Of a stretch of 64,000 nucleotides of DNA, positions 1 through 9,800 are shown one piece after another. Origin of the DNA: Myxococcales bacterium (GTDB lineage Bacteria > Myxococcota_A > Polyangia > Polyangiales > DASUME01). Position 1 is the first letter of the stretch; each line of letters opens with the position of its first letter. Location: assembly GCA_047601445.1 (NCBI GenBank), contig JASGJH010000001.1, forward strand, positions 7,488,001-7,552,000, written 5' to 3'. The translations under genes were made by a program, and so were the position numbers. The notes below the pieces were generated by a model. That model saw nothing but the letters and a program-made list of their open reading frames with translations. It ran no database searches and was not told the DNA's origin.

Positions 1-739
1 TGCACGGCAGAACTGCAAGGCCAGTGCCGGCCGACGCAGCCGCTGCCGCTCCGAGCAGAGAGTTCACCGTGAGCACGCGTCGCGCCTGACTCGCGTGCTC
101 GGCGAGCCAACGCCCGGGAGGTGCCTCGGCGATCTCCTGCTCGTAGCCGATCACATCGTGTCCGCGTAGTTTGGCGTCCAGGTCGAGCGGCGGTCGCGCA
201 TCGAGGTAGCCGCGGTCCGCGTAGAGCGCGAGCGCGATGGTGCCCAGTTTGCGCACCACGAGCCCCTGCTGCTCGGGCAGCGCGCGCGGCGCGATGCGGA
301 TGGCGAGATCGGCCTCGCGACGCAGCAGGTTCACGCTGCGCTGTTCGGTGACCACCTCGAGCGTCAGTCCCGGGTAGGCGTCGCGTACGCGCACCAGGCG
401 CTCCAGGAAGAATCCCACCGAGAAGTGCTCGTTCATCGCGATGCGCACGTTGCCCTCGGGGCGAGCATCCTCCCCGTGCACGCTGGCTTCGAGCAAGCCC
501 ACGCGCTCGTCGAGATCGCGTGCGATGGCGAAGGCCCGCTCGCCCGCAGCTGTGAGCAAGAAGCCCTCGGCGGCACGCGTGAAAAGGCGCGTCCCGAGCG
601 CTTCTTCGAGGAGTCCGAGGCGCCGGCCCACGGTGGTCTGGTCGACCTTGAGGGCCTTGGCGGCGCCCGCCAGGGTGCCCGTGCGGGCCACGGCGATGAA
701 GAAGCGGAGGTCGTTCCAATTGGTCACACCGCACACCAT
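1..739 (-). CDS. LysR-family transcriptional regulator (3' end runs off the window)
   Basis: Manual translation from ATG at 739: MVCGVTNWNDLRFFIAVARTGTLAGAAKALKVDQTTVGRRL...LF, a LysR HTH. The C-terminal substrate-binding-like region near base 1 is in the same frame. Absent from the ORF track because there is no stop in the window. Confidence 0.9.
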   Translation of the reverse strand, partial: MVCGVTNWNDLRFFIAVARTGTLAGAAKALKVDQTTVGRRLGLLEEALGTRLFTRAAEGFLLTAAGERAFAIARDLDERVGLLEASVHGEDARPEGNVRIAMNEHFSVGFFLERLVRVRDAYPGLTLEVVTEQRSVNLLRREADLAIRIAPRALPEQQGLVVRKLGTIALALYADRGYLDARPPLDLDAKLRGHDVIGYEQEIAEAPPGRWLAEHASQARRVLTVNSLLGAAAAASAGTGLAVLPC

Positions 740-749
740 GGCACGGGTG

Positions 750-765
750 CCTGCAACTCTGCAGG
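750..765. promoter_or_regulatory. Palindrome CCTGCA-ACTC-TGCAGG, candidate LysR operator
   Basis: Perfect 6-bp inverted repeat in the short divergent gap between the LysR gene and the cupin gene. Confidence 0.45.
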
Positions 766-821
766 GAAGGTCTGCGATCCTGTCGGTTGAGGACCCGGCC
801 CGGAGCGCGCAGGTTTGGCCC

Positions 822-1232
822 ATGACTCGACCTTCCAAGCTCGTCCCCGTTGCCGGTGCCCTGATTTTTACTCTGTTTTCGGGCTGTGGCGCCCCTCAGC
901 AGGCCCAGGCGGAGCCCGCCAAATCCGGCCCGGCGGCCCTCGACCCGACCATCACCGACTCCGATAAGTACAGCGTGATCTTCGAGAACGAGCGCGTCCG
1001 CGTGCTGCGCTACCACGACGAGCCTGGCGCCGAGACCCACCGTCATCACCACCCCGACATGCTGATGATCCCCGAGTCCGAGTTTCGGCGACGCATCTCG
1101 CTCGCCGACGGGCGCGCACGGGAGATCGCCGGGGCCCCGGGGGGCGTGATGTGGGTTCCCGCGCAAGAGCACGTGGGAGCGAACATCGGCACCACGGAAA
1201 CCGACGTGATCTTGGTGGAGCTCAAGCGCTGA
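822..1232 (+). CDS. Small cupin-fold protein with lipoprotein signal
   Basis: Lipobox-like FSGC; FENERVRV...HHHP...EHVGANIG cupin pattern; divergent from LysR. Confidence 0.75.
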   Translation: MTRPSKLVPVAGALIFTLFSGCGAPQQAQAEPAKSGPAALDPTITDSDKYSVIFENERVRVLRYHDEPGAETHRHHHPDMLMIPESEFRRRISLADGRAREIAGAPGGVMWVPAQEHVGANIGTTETDVILVELKR

Positions 1233-1370
1233 AGGGCTGCGTTTGGTCTTGCATTGAGCGCGCACAAATCCACTCGCCGTGAACACGCGTCGTCGAAAGT
1301 GTACGCGTCGGATCTTACGCTCGTGTTCTGTGCGGACTTTCGTGGTGGCTTGGCTCTATGCTCCGGCGCC

Positions 1371-2909
1371 ATGCGACGAACGGACCGAGCTCTCTTGGTG
1401 GCCTTGAATGGGCTTGTGATCGCGAGCCTAGGTTGTGGTGAGAGCGCGCTGCAGGCGGGCGACTCCGGCCCGGGCCGCGACGTCGATGCGGCCACGGGGG
1501 ACGGGGACGGGGATCTCGATTCGGGCGCGTCGGGTGGAGATGGAGATGGCGCCGCAGGCAATCCTCACGGGGACGGCGATGGCGGCGGTCCCCAAGGAAG
1601 CCAAAGCTGCGGGGTCACCAGCGACCGCGTACGCATCACCGAGGTCGACGTGGGCCACTCGGTGTTGAGCAGCGAGACGGATGCCGTGGGGGCCTTGCTG
1701 CATCCCATCGTGATCGCCTCCAAGCCGTCGGGCGGATCACGCTTGGCCTGGATGAGCGACAATGGGCAGACCTTCCTGGCCACGCTCGACGCCGACGATC
1801 ACCTGATGGGCTCGCCTGCGGGTTTCGGGGCGCACAGCTTGGCGGACGTCTATGCGGACGACACGGGCGGTGTGCTCCTGGTCGCACGCGACGCGGCGGG
1901 AGGCGGCGACAAGCAGTGCGGTACCCTCGACAACCTGTGCGGGGCTCAGAGCGAGCGCGCCTGGCAAGGGCAGTGGAGTTGCTGGGACATGTACCTCGTG
2001 CGCTTCGAGGGTAGCGCCGAGAAGTGGGCCACCAACCTGACCGAGTCGCGCGCCGACAACCCACCGTTCCTCGCGAGCACCACGGCGCAAAACCGCGTGG
2101 TGTACATCTGGGAGGCCTTCGCCCACCACGGTCGCATCGCCAGCAGTGGCAGCAGCTACGCGGCCTATTTCGGGGCTTCGATCAGCGTTTCCCAGAGCTG
2201 CACGTCGGCCGGCTCGATCCATCCCACCGGCATCAACATTCACCAGGGCGACCGCATGCAGATCGTGGGCCTGGATGGCGCGCTACAGAACGGCGGCTTT
2301 GGTTGGGGCTGCAGTCATAGTGGCTATGAGCGCGTGGTGTGGGACCCTGCGGCCAAGCGCTATGTCGCCGCATGCAAGACCGACAATGACAACCGCCTCG
2401 CCATGCCCGACCCCTATCGGACCATCCGCTCCGTGGACCTTTGGTATGCCAACCTGAGTGACCTCGTTCCGGCGGTGGGCGGCGGCATCTGGGTGGCCAG
2501 CAGCGACATTCGACCGGGCCAACCCGCCAACAACAACGGCCTCGCGGATGTGCACCTCTTGCGCTTCTCGAACGGGGCCGCCGACAAGGACCTCACGGTG
2601 GTCAACACCCAGGGCGAGAACGACCGCGCGCCTCATCTGGCGGCGTACGGAGCGGATCGCATGCTGCTCGCATGGGAGTCCTCCGCGACTGCCGGAGACC
2701 TGGGCGTCAACGACAAGGCGCGTCAGCTCCACGTGCAGACCGTGGATCGCGCTACGGGCGAACGCGAGGGCGATGCGCTGACCGTGGATGTGCGCGGCAA
2801 CCGCTACCACAAACTCGTGAGCTATCCGGACGGCAGCGTGGCCTTCGTGGCGCGAGGCTCCACGGGAACGCGCATCAAGATCATGCGTGTTTTGCCCTGT
2901 GGAAGCTGA
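1371..2909 (+). CDS. Secreted lipoprotein of unknown function (GDGD linker, beta-rich domain)
   Basis: MRRTDRALLVALNGLVIASLGC lipobox, Gly/Asp-rich linker, long open frame with coding-like codon use. Confidence 0.75.
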   Translation: MRRTDRALLVALNGLVIASLGCGESALQAGDSGPGRDVDAATGDGDGDLDSGASGGDGDGAAGNPHGDGDGGGPQGSQSCGVTSDRVRITEVDVGHSVLSSETDAVGALLHPIVIASKPSGGSRLAWMSDNGQTFLATLDADDHLMGSPAGFGAHSLADVYADDTGGVLLVARDAAGGGDKQCGTLDNLCGAQSERAWQGQWSCWDMYLVRFEGSAEKWATNLTESRADNPPFLASTTAQNRVVYIWEAFAHHGRIASSGSSYAAYFGASISVSQSCTSAGSIHPTGINIHQGDRMQIVGLDGALQNGGFGWGCSHSGYERVVWDPAAKRYVAACKTDNDNRLAMPDPYRTIRSVDLWYANLSDLVPAVGGGIWVASSDIRPGQPANNNGLADVHLLRFSNGAADKDLTVVNTQGENDRAPHLAAYGADRMLLAWESSATAGDLGVNDKARQLHVQTVDRATGEREGDALTVDVRGNRYHKLVSYPDGSVAFVARGSTGTRIKIMRVLPCGS

Positions 2910-2986
2910 GAGCTGGGCGGCGTCCCGGCGTCGTTGCAGCGGGGCACATGGTCCGCTCGGACGGGTCGCCACCCCCAGCCAAGCAA

Positions 2987-3517
2987 CTACAGGAGCTCTT
3001 CGATGACGTGCATTGGCCCGTCCGCTCCGATTTCTCCACGCCCCACGGCGAGCAGGCGGTTCAGGAACGCATACTGGGGCGCGGCCGTCTCGAAACGCGG
3101 CAGCGTGCGGAAGTAGGGTGCGCCCTCGGCGTGATCGTCGCGAATGCCAGCGAACGTCATGTAGATGAGGGCGCCGTCGTCGGTGGCGAGCGTAATGCGC
3201 AGATCGAGCTCCGTCACCCCGTCGGCGCGCTGAGTCGTCCAGTCCCCGCCGGCAGGTAGCACGTTGCCACGCAGACGTTCGCCCTCGAAGGTTCCGCCAG
3301 TGATGGGGTAGATGACGCGGGCTCCCACGGGCGTCTTGCCCAGGTCCTGAATGGGGCCAGTGCTCAGCTTGAGGGCGAACAGTGGTCGTGTGCGCATGGG
3401 CGGGGGCCTTTCGTGGTCGGAAGCCGAGGTCAGCGCAGGGCTCGAGGCTTGCGGGGGAGAGCAGCCGGTCAGGGCCGCCAGCAAAAGCTCGAGAAACTGG
3501 CGGCGATCAAGTTCCAC
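2987..3517 (-). CDS. DUF3237-family protein with Tat/lipoprotein-like signal
   Basis: PITGGTFEGERLRG..GGDW...LDLR..LATDDGALIY...YFRTLPRFET...YAFLN pattern; N-terminus DRRQFL...LTGC. Confidence 0.8.
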   Translation of the reverse strand: MELDRRQFLELLLAALTGCSPPQASSPALTSASDHERPPPMRTRPLFALKLSTGPIQDLGKTPVGARVIYPITGGTFEGERLRGNVLPAGGDWTTQRADGVTELDLRITLATDDGALIYMTFAGIRDDHAEGAPYFRTLPRFETAAPQYAFLNRLLAVGRGEIGADGPMHVIEELL

Positions 3518-3528
3518 CGGCGTGGTCG

Positions 3529-3978
3529 TCAGAGCATCTCGAAGATGCTGTAGATGGGGCCCGAAGGCAGGCGTTCACCGCTCGCCACGGCCAACAATTT
3601 GTTCAAGAAGGCGTACTTCTCATGGCCCGTCTCGAAGCGTGGGGTCGTGCGGAAGTAATAGGCCTCGGGAGCCACACGCTCGCCCCGCGCCAGCGCGGCG
3701 ATGACCTCGGGAGGGCCGTGGCGATATCCGAAGGACGACAGGTAGATCAATGCACCGTCGTCGGTCTCGAGCGTCAGGCGCAGATCGAGCTCGAGCACGC
3801 CGTCGCTTCGCAGCAGCGTCCAGTCCGAGCTGCCCGTGAGCACCTTGCCTCGCAGGCGCGGGCCTTCGAAGCTGCCCTGCGTGACCGGCGCCACGGTGCG
3901 CTTCCCAAGGGGAACGGCGCCGATCACTTGGGGCTCACCCACCGTGACTCGCATGGTCATCAACGGACGAAAATCCAT
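3529..3978 (-). CDS. DUF3237-family protein (cytoplasmic paralog)
   Basis: GSFEGPRLRG..SSDW...LDLRLTLETDDGALIY...YYFRTTPRFETG; GAGGAGG RBS before ATG at 3978. Confidence 0.85.
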   Translation of the reverse strand: MDFRPLMTMRVTVGEPQVIGAVPLGKRTVAPVTQGSFEGPRLRGKVLTGSSDWTLLRSDGVLELDLRLTLETDDGALIYLSSFGYRHGPPEVIAALARGERVAPEAYYFRTTPRFETGHEKYAFLNKLLAVASGERLPSGPIYSIFEML

Positions 3979-4106
3979 GGAAGCCTCCTCGGCGATCACC
4001 AATGTCATGGGTAGCACGGTGTCGCCGAGGTCACGAGCGCGTCCATGAGCCGAGGGTTGAGCGCTGTTCGTGTGTCCAGCGTGTTCGCGTTCGTGCTCGT
4101 GCGCCG

Positions 4107-6137
4107 TCAGCCGCCGAGGGAATCGCGGACCTGACGACTCATGGCCTCCACGCCGGCGCTGCGCGGCCCCGGAGGCGACAGCTCGTCGCCTAGCTTGTCA
4201 CTGAGCGTGAGGGCGATCAGCGACTCGAGCAGATTGGCAGTGCCACCCGCTTTCCCATCCACGCCGGCGTTGCCGGTCTGCATCATGACGCGCGGAACCA
4301 CCTCGATCCCGGCGTGCTCGATGGCCTGAGCGAAGCGCCCCAGTACGTGCTCGGCCACGCGCAGCCTGGCGCCGCCATAGGCGCGCACCTGCTCCTCGAT
4401 GGCGACCGCCTCGGCCACGCCGACGCGCGCGGTGCGGTCGGCCTCCGCATGGGCGAGTCGTTGCACTTTGTGGGCTTCCGCTTCGGCATACATCCGGATC
4501 TTGTCCGCTTCGGCCTCGGCCATGGTTCGTAGCTGAGCGGCTTGCTGCATCACGCGCTGAGTCTCGGCCTTGCCCTGGTTGGTTTGGATGGCGATCGAGA
4601 GCTCGGACTCCGTGATCTGACGCTGTTGGGCCGCGCGTGCCTCGGCTTCGCGGAACTCCCGTTCCTTCACGGCGGCGCGTTCCTTGAGCGCGTAGGTCGA
4701 CACCTGCTCTTCGGCGATCTGTCGGTTACGCAGCTGGTCGAGGATCGACACGATCTGGTCGTTCGAACCCGCCGCCGAGCGAGGCGTGCCGATGAGCACC
4801 TCCTCGAGCTCCAGATTGTAGTGCGAGAACTTGGCCCGCATCTCCGCGCCCGCCTGCTCCTGGATCTGCGAGCGATCCTGCAGCAGTTGGATCAACGTGC
4901 GGTTCTGCGCGATGTTCTTGAAGTAGGCCGAGACCATGGGGTCCAGGGTCTGCTCGACCAGGCGCTTCACATCGCCGAAGCGCTGCACCACCAGCGGCGC
5001 CTTGCGGTAGTCGATGTGGACCACCACCGACAGCGGCAGCGAAGGCTCGAACGCATCCTTGGTGATCAACGACACCTCGGCGAGGTTCTCGTCGTAGCGA
5101 TGCGCGCCGACCTCGCTGCGGTTCCACTTGAGAATGAAGTTGGTCGTGGGCACCGAGACGACGTGGCCCGCATAGGTATTGAAGGCGTATTTGCCCGGCA
5201 ACAAGGGGTCAGCCCAGACGCCGCGTTCGCCCACTTGCACGAGCTCACCGTGCTTGTAGTCGCTGCCTGAGACGTCGGTTCCGCGCGAGCCCGTGTACGA
5301 GACCACCACGCCCACGGTGCCCACCTCGATGGTGGTCTTGGGGACCAGCTCGACGGTGGCGAACAAGCGATTCACGAAGTAGGTGCCTTCGACCAGCACT
5401 TGCAACTGTCGACCGCGCTTGCCCCCGGCCGCCAGGAAGCGCTCGGGATCCTGAAAGCTGTCGTGATAGATCTCCGGATAGGCAGGGTCGTTGCCCACGA
5501 TGGGCGCGATGATCTCGCTGGCGCACAGGGCGTTGCCGTCGTGCACCGTCACGATGCCGAGTGCGTCGGCGGAGCCTTCCACGACCACCGGGCGGAAGCC
5601 GCCGCGCTCCCGAATCAGCGAAGCCATCTGCTCGAACACCTTCGTGTTGTCGCCGGCCTGAGGCAGGTAGTACGTCTTCTCTTCAGTGATCACGACGAAC
5701 TGCGCCAAGTTGATCGCGTAAGTGCCCTCGCGCAGCAGGGTGCGTTGCGGGCCGCGCTGACCACCGTGCTCGAAGAACCGCGGCACGTCCTGCACGTCCG
5801 CGAGGCTCATGGCGCGCGCCAGGGTTTGGCCCGGCAGGAGCGGGCGACCGTCGCGGGCGAACAGATAGCCGAGGCGCCCCTGAGCGATCGTCACGAGGGA
5901 AACACGATGCACCGCGTACTGCAGGATCCACCGGTAGTGCAGGCCACCACGCAGCACGTCCGGTTGAAAGCCCGCCTGCCCTGACAGAGCGATCACTCCC
6001 GAGGCGACGGATCCTTGCAAGCTGAAGCGCTTCTCCACGATGCCGATGTGATCGATCGGGATATAGCGAACGCCTGCCAAGAACCCAATCGTCAGCCAAG
6101 CGGCCGCGATCTCCAGTCCCAAGACGAACCAATCCAT
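4107..6137 (-). CDS. SPFH/band 7 (flotillin-like) membrane protein
   Basis: N-terminal TM helix, repeated GxRGxQ..L.(E/P)G.Y modules, SPFH region and AEAEA coiled coil; AGGAGG RBS before ATG at 6137. Confidence 0.88.
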   Translation of the reverse strand: MDWFVLGLEIAAAWLTIGFLAGVRYIPIDHIGIVEKRFSLQGSVASGVIALSGQAGFQPDVLRGGLHYRWILQYAVHRVSLVTIAQGRLGYLFARDGRPLLPGQTLARAMSLADVQDVPRFFEHGGQRGPQRTLLREGTYAINLAQFVVITEEKTYYLPQAGDNTKVFEQMASLIRERGGFRPVVVEGSADALGIVTVHDGNALCASEIIAPIVGNDPAYPEIYHDSFQDPERFLAAGGKRGRQLQVLVEGTYFVNRLFATVELVPKTTIEVGTVGVVVSYTGSRGTDVSGSDYKHGELVQVGERGVWADPLLPGKYAFNTYAGHVVSVPTTNFILKWNRSEVGAHRYDENLAEVSLITKDAFEPSLPLSVVVHIDYRKAPLVVQRFGDVKRLVEQTLDPMVSAYFKNIAQNRTLIQLLQDRSQIQEQAGAEMRAKFSHYNLELEEVLIGTPRSAAGSNDQIVSILDQLRNRQIAEEQVSTYALKERAAVKEREFREAEARAAQQRQITESELSIAIQTNQGKAETQRVMQQAAQLRTMAEAEADKIRMYAEAEAHKVQRLAHAEADRTARVGVAEAVAIEEQVRAYGGARLRVAEHVLGRFAQAIEHAGIEVVPRVMMQTGNAGVDGKAGGTANLLESLIALTLSDKLGDELSPPGPRSAGVEAMSRQVRDSLGG

Positions 6138-6876
6138 TGTGTCCTCCTGCTTGCCCGGCCCATGCTGGAACCGGCCGCGCGAACCGGCGTTCTCGGAGAC
6201 CGACAGCCGGCCCGCCACACGCTGTGGCGTGGTGGCGAGAATCAACCGGCGTTCGAGCCGTGAGTTTCGTCGCGTGTGGAGGCTCTGGAAGCAGAGCGCG
6301 CGCGTGGCGGGAGCTCACCTCGGTCCGTGTGCGGGTTGACACCCTCGACGAGACCGACGAAAAAACCGCAAGGTCGCGCTACATGGCGATTACCGTGGTC
6401 CCAGTTTCGAGCCCGCGCAAGTCCGTCGCGTGACGATCCGCTCAACTAAGCGGAACTGCTCGGAGTGCAACGACGTTCGAGTCGGTTTGCATAGCGCCGA
6501 TCAGGACAAACGACGAGGATCACCACATTTGGCACGCGTCGAGCTGGCCTGATGGTTTGTGGCGGATGGTGACGTCCTAACGAACGCGTCCTCTCGGGAG
6601 AAGCGCTGAGGCGGGTCGACCACCACGTGAGAAGTCGGTGTCGTGGGGTGTGCTGGACGCGCATGTGGGCTCAACGCTCCACCGCGTGAGCGACTGTGCG
6701 GGACTCCGCGGCCAGGCCATCCCGCGTCATATTCGGCCGTATCCGCGCGTTTAGTGTTCGTCAAAGCTTCTCAGTTCAATTGTGCTCATGGGAAACTTGC
6801 CGAGTTCTTGAGCGCACCGCTCTCATAGACCTGGCGTACGGCTCGGGCGGAGCGCGCTTCCTTGTGGGGGAAACCG

Positions 6877-9800
6877 ATGAGCGTGAAGAAGCGCACCGCG
6901 GCGCAGGCTGCGGCGGGTGGGGTGTCACTGAAGGGTGCGGCGTTTGGCTGGGCCCTGTTGCTTTCAGCGGCGAGCGGGTGCGGAGATGCGGAGCCCGCGA
7001 ACGACGCGACCTCGGCGCCCAACGTAGGCAGTGCGGTCCTGGCAGCCTCGGGTGCTGGAGAGGCCTGCGGGAACACGAAGGACGACGACCTCGACGGCCT
7101 CGTCGACTGTGTGGACCCGGATTGTGCCGCTGACGCGGCGTGCGGCCCCGCCATGGAGTGCCGCACCTTCTTCTGGCAAATCCAGAGCGCGACCTCGGCG
7201 ATCCGTCAGATCGTCACGACGCCCGCGAGCAACGCCTTCACGTCGAGCACCGTGGCCACCGTGGGGATCGGCACCAACGCGGCCGGCTACAACCCGCGGG
7301 ACGGCTACTACTACGCCATCGGCACGGGCGGCACCACTCAGCGACACCTGCTCAAGATCGACTCCACGGGCGCCTATACGGACCTTGGCGCGGTGGCGGT
7401 CCTCGTCACCGATGGTGTGAGCCCGATCGCAGGCGACTGCGACGATCGCGGCAACCTCTACGTGAAAGACAATGCGGGAAACGCGGTCTACAAGATCTCG
7501 CTTAGCTCCCCGTACACCACCACCAAGTACAGCCTGACCAGCGGCTTTGCCGGCGCCGACATCGTCTACGACCGCGACCTGCAGCGCTTCTACGGTGTGG
7601 ATGACGACACTCTCTACGCCTGGGACGCGGGCGCGGCTGCTCCGACGTCCAAGAGCATCACGGGCGCCACGGTCGACTCGGCCACCCACGCGGCGGTCTG
7701 GACCGATGGCGACGGCTTCGTTTACTCCCTGGAGAGCCAGGCGACCGGCGACCTGCGGCGCATCGATCCGTCCACTGGTGTCGCGTCCAAGCAGGGCACC
7801 TGGAGTGGCACCACGCCCACCGACGGTGCGGGCTGCAGCTACGTGCTCCCTCCGTTCGAGATCTGCGGCAATGGCAAGGATGACGACGGGGACGGCAACT
7901 CCGACGAGGCCGTCTGCATCACGCTGCGCGACACGGACGGCGATGGCGTGTTCAACGTGGTCGATCTCGACGATGACAATGACGGCATTCCGGACGTCCT
8001 GGAGCCCGGTGACAACGACGGCGACGGCGTGACGGATCGCCTCGACCTCGACAGCGACAACGATGGCATCGACGACATCGTCGAGGCGGGCCACGCCGGC
8101 GCCGACGCGAACGGGAACGGCATGCTCGACGGGGCACCGGCGGCCTTTGGCACCAACGGCCTGCTGGACAGCCTGGAGACAGCGCCCGACGCGGCCGTGC
8201 TCGCGTACACGATCCGCGACACGGATGGCGATGGCATCCGCGATGCGGCCGAGCTCGATAGCGATGGAGACGGTCTGTCGGACTTGAAGGAAGCCGGCTA
8301 TGCGGCTGCCACCTACGACGCCAACAACGACTCCAAGGCCGACGGCACGGACACGGATGCGGACGGTATCCGGTCCACGGTGGACGGTGCGCCAGCGGTC
8401 TACGGCGATGCTGGTGCGACCACGCTGCCAGACTCCGACTCCGACGGAAAGCCGGACTATCGCGACGTCGATTCGGACGGGGATGGCGTGTGTGACGGCG
8501 CGAGCGCCAACGCGGCGGCGAGCTGCGTCGCGGGGCCCGACTCGAACCCCACGTCGAACACGGTGTGCTCCGACACGGACGGCGACAGCTGCAACGACTG
8601 CTCGGCTGGTCACTACAACCCGAGCAACGACGGACCGGACAGCGACGGCGACGGCATGTGCAACGCCGGCGACGCTTGCGTCAACGACCCGGCCAAGAGC
8701 GCGGTGGGTGCCTGCGGCTGCGGCGTGCCCGATACGGACACGGACGGCGACACCGTGGCGGACTGCAAGGACAACTGCGTGAACGTGAAGAACGTCACGC
8801 AGGTCAACGTGGATGGTGACGCTTACGGAGCGGCCTGTGATTGCAACGACGTGAACGCCGCCGTGAATCCGGGCGCGACCGAGACTTGCAACGGCCTCGA
8901 CGACAACTGCAACGGCAGCACCGACGAGGGCGTGAAGAGCACCTTCTACAGGGATGCCGATAGCGACGGTTTCGGCTCCAGCACGACCACCCAGGCCTGC
9001 AGTGCGCCTGCCGGCTACGTGGCGAGCAACACCGACTGCGACGACACGCGCAGCAGCGTGCACCCGGGTGCGACCGAGGTCTGCAACGGGCTCGATGACA
9101 ACTGCGTCGGCGGCATCGACGAGGGCGTGAAGAGCACCTTCTACGCGGACGCCGATAGTGATGGCTATGGCGCTGCCAGCGCGGCGACCCTGGCCTGCAC
9201 GGCGCCAGCTGGCTACGTGGTGAACAAGACCGACTGCGACGATGTGCGCGCCAGCGTGCATCCGGGCGCAACCGAGGTCTGCAACGGTCTCGACGACAAC
9301 TGCAACGGCAGCACCGACGAGGGCGTGAAGAGCACCTTCTATGCAGACACGGACAGCGATGGCCTCGGCGACGCAGCCTCGACGCTGCAGGCCTGCAGTG
9401 CCCCTGCCGGCTACACCACCAGCCACGGGCCCGACAACTGCCCCGCGGTGGCCAACCCGCAGCAAGAGAACCTGGATGGGGACACCCTGGGCGACGCTTG
9501 CGATCCCGATGACGACAACGACGGGACCCCGGACGGCAGCGACAACTGCCCCCGTCTGGCCAACGACCAGACCAACACGGACGGGGACGCTCAGGGAGAC
9601 GCCTGCGACCCCGACGATGACAACGACGGCATCTGCGACACCGCAACCGCCGTGGCCAACGTGTGTACGAGCGGTCCGGACAGTGCGCCGACCAACTCGC
9701 ACCAGTGCGCCGACGCCGACCATGACAGCTGCGATGATTGCGCTCTCGGCAAGGCCAACACCAAGAACGACGGTGTGGACAGCGACGCGGATGGCATCTG

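Noticed and set aside
6138..6876. Long intergenic region as a riboswitch/ncRNA or sigma-54 promoter (TGGCAC at about 6530)
   Set aside because: TGGCAC is not followed by TTGC at the required spacing, and I recognise no RNA motif. An Rfam search would be needed.
8836..9420. Regular repeats as a CRISPR array or mobile element
   Set aside because: Units are in-frame multiples of three encoding protein repeats; there are no unique spacers and no cas genes.
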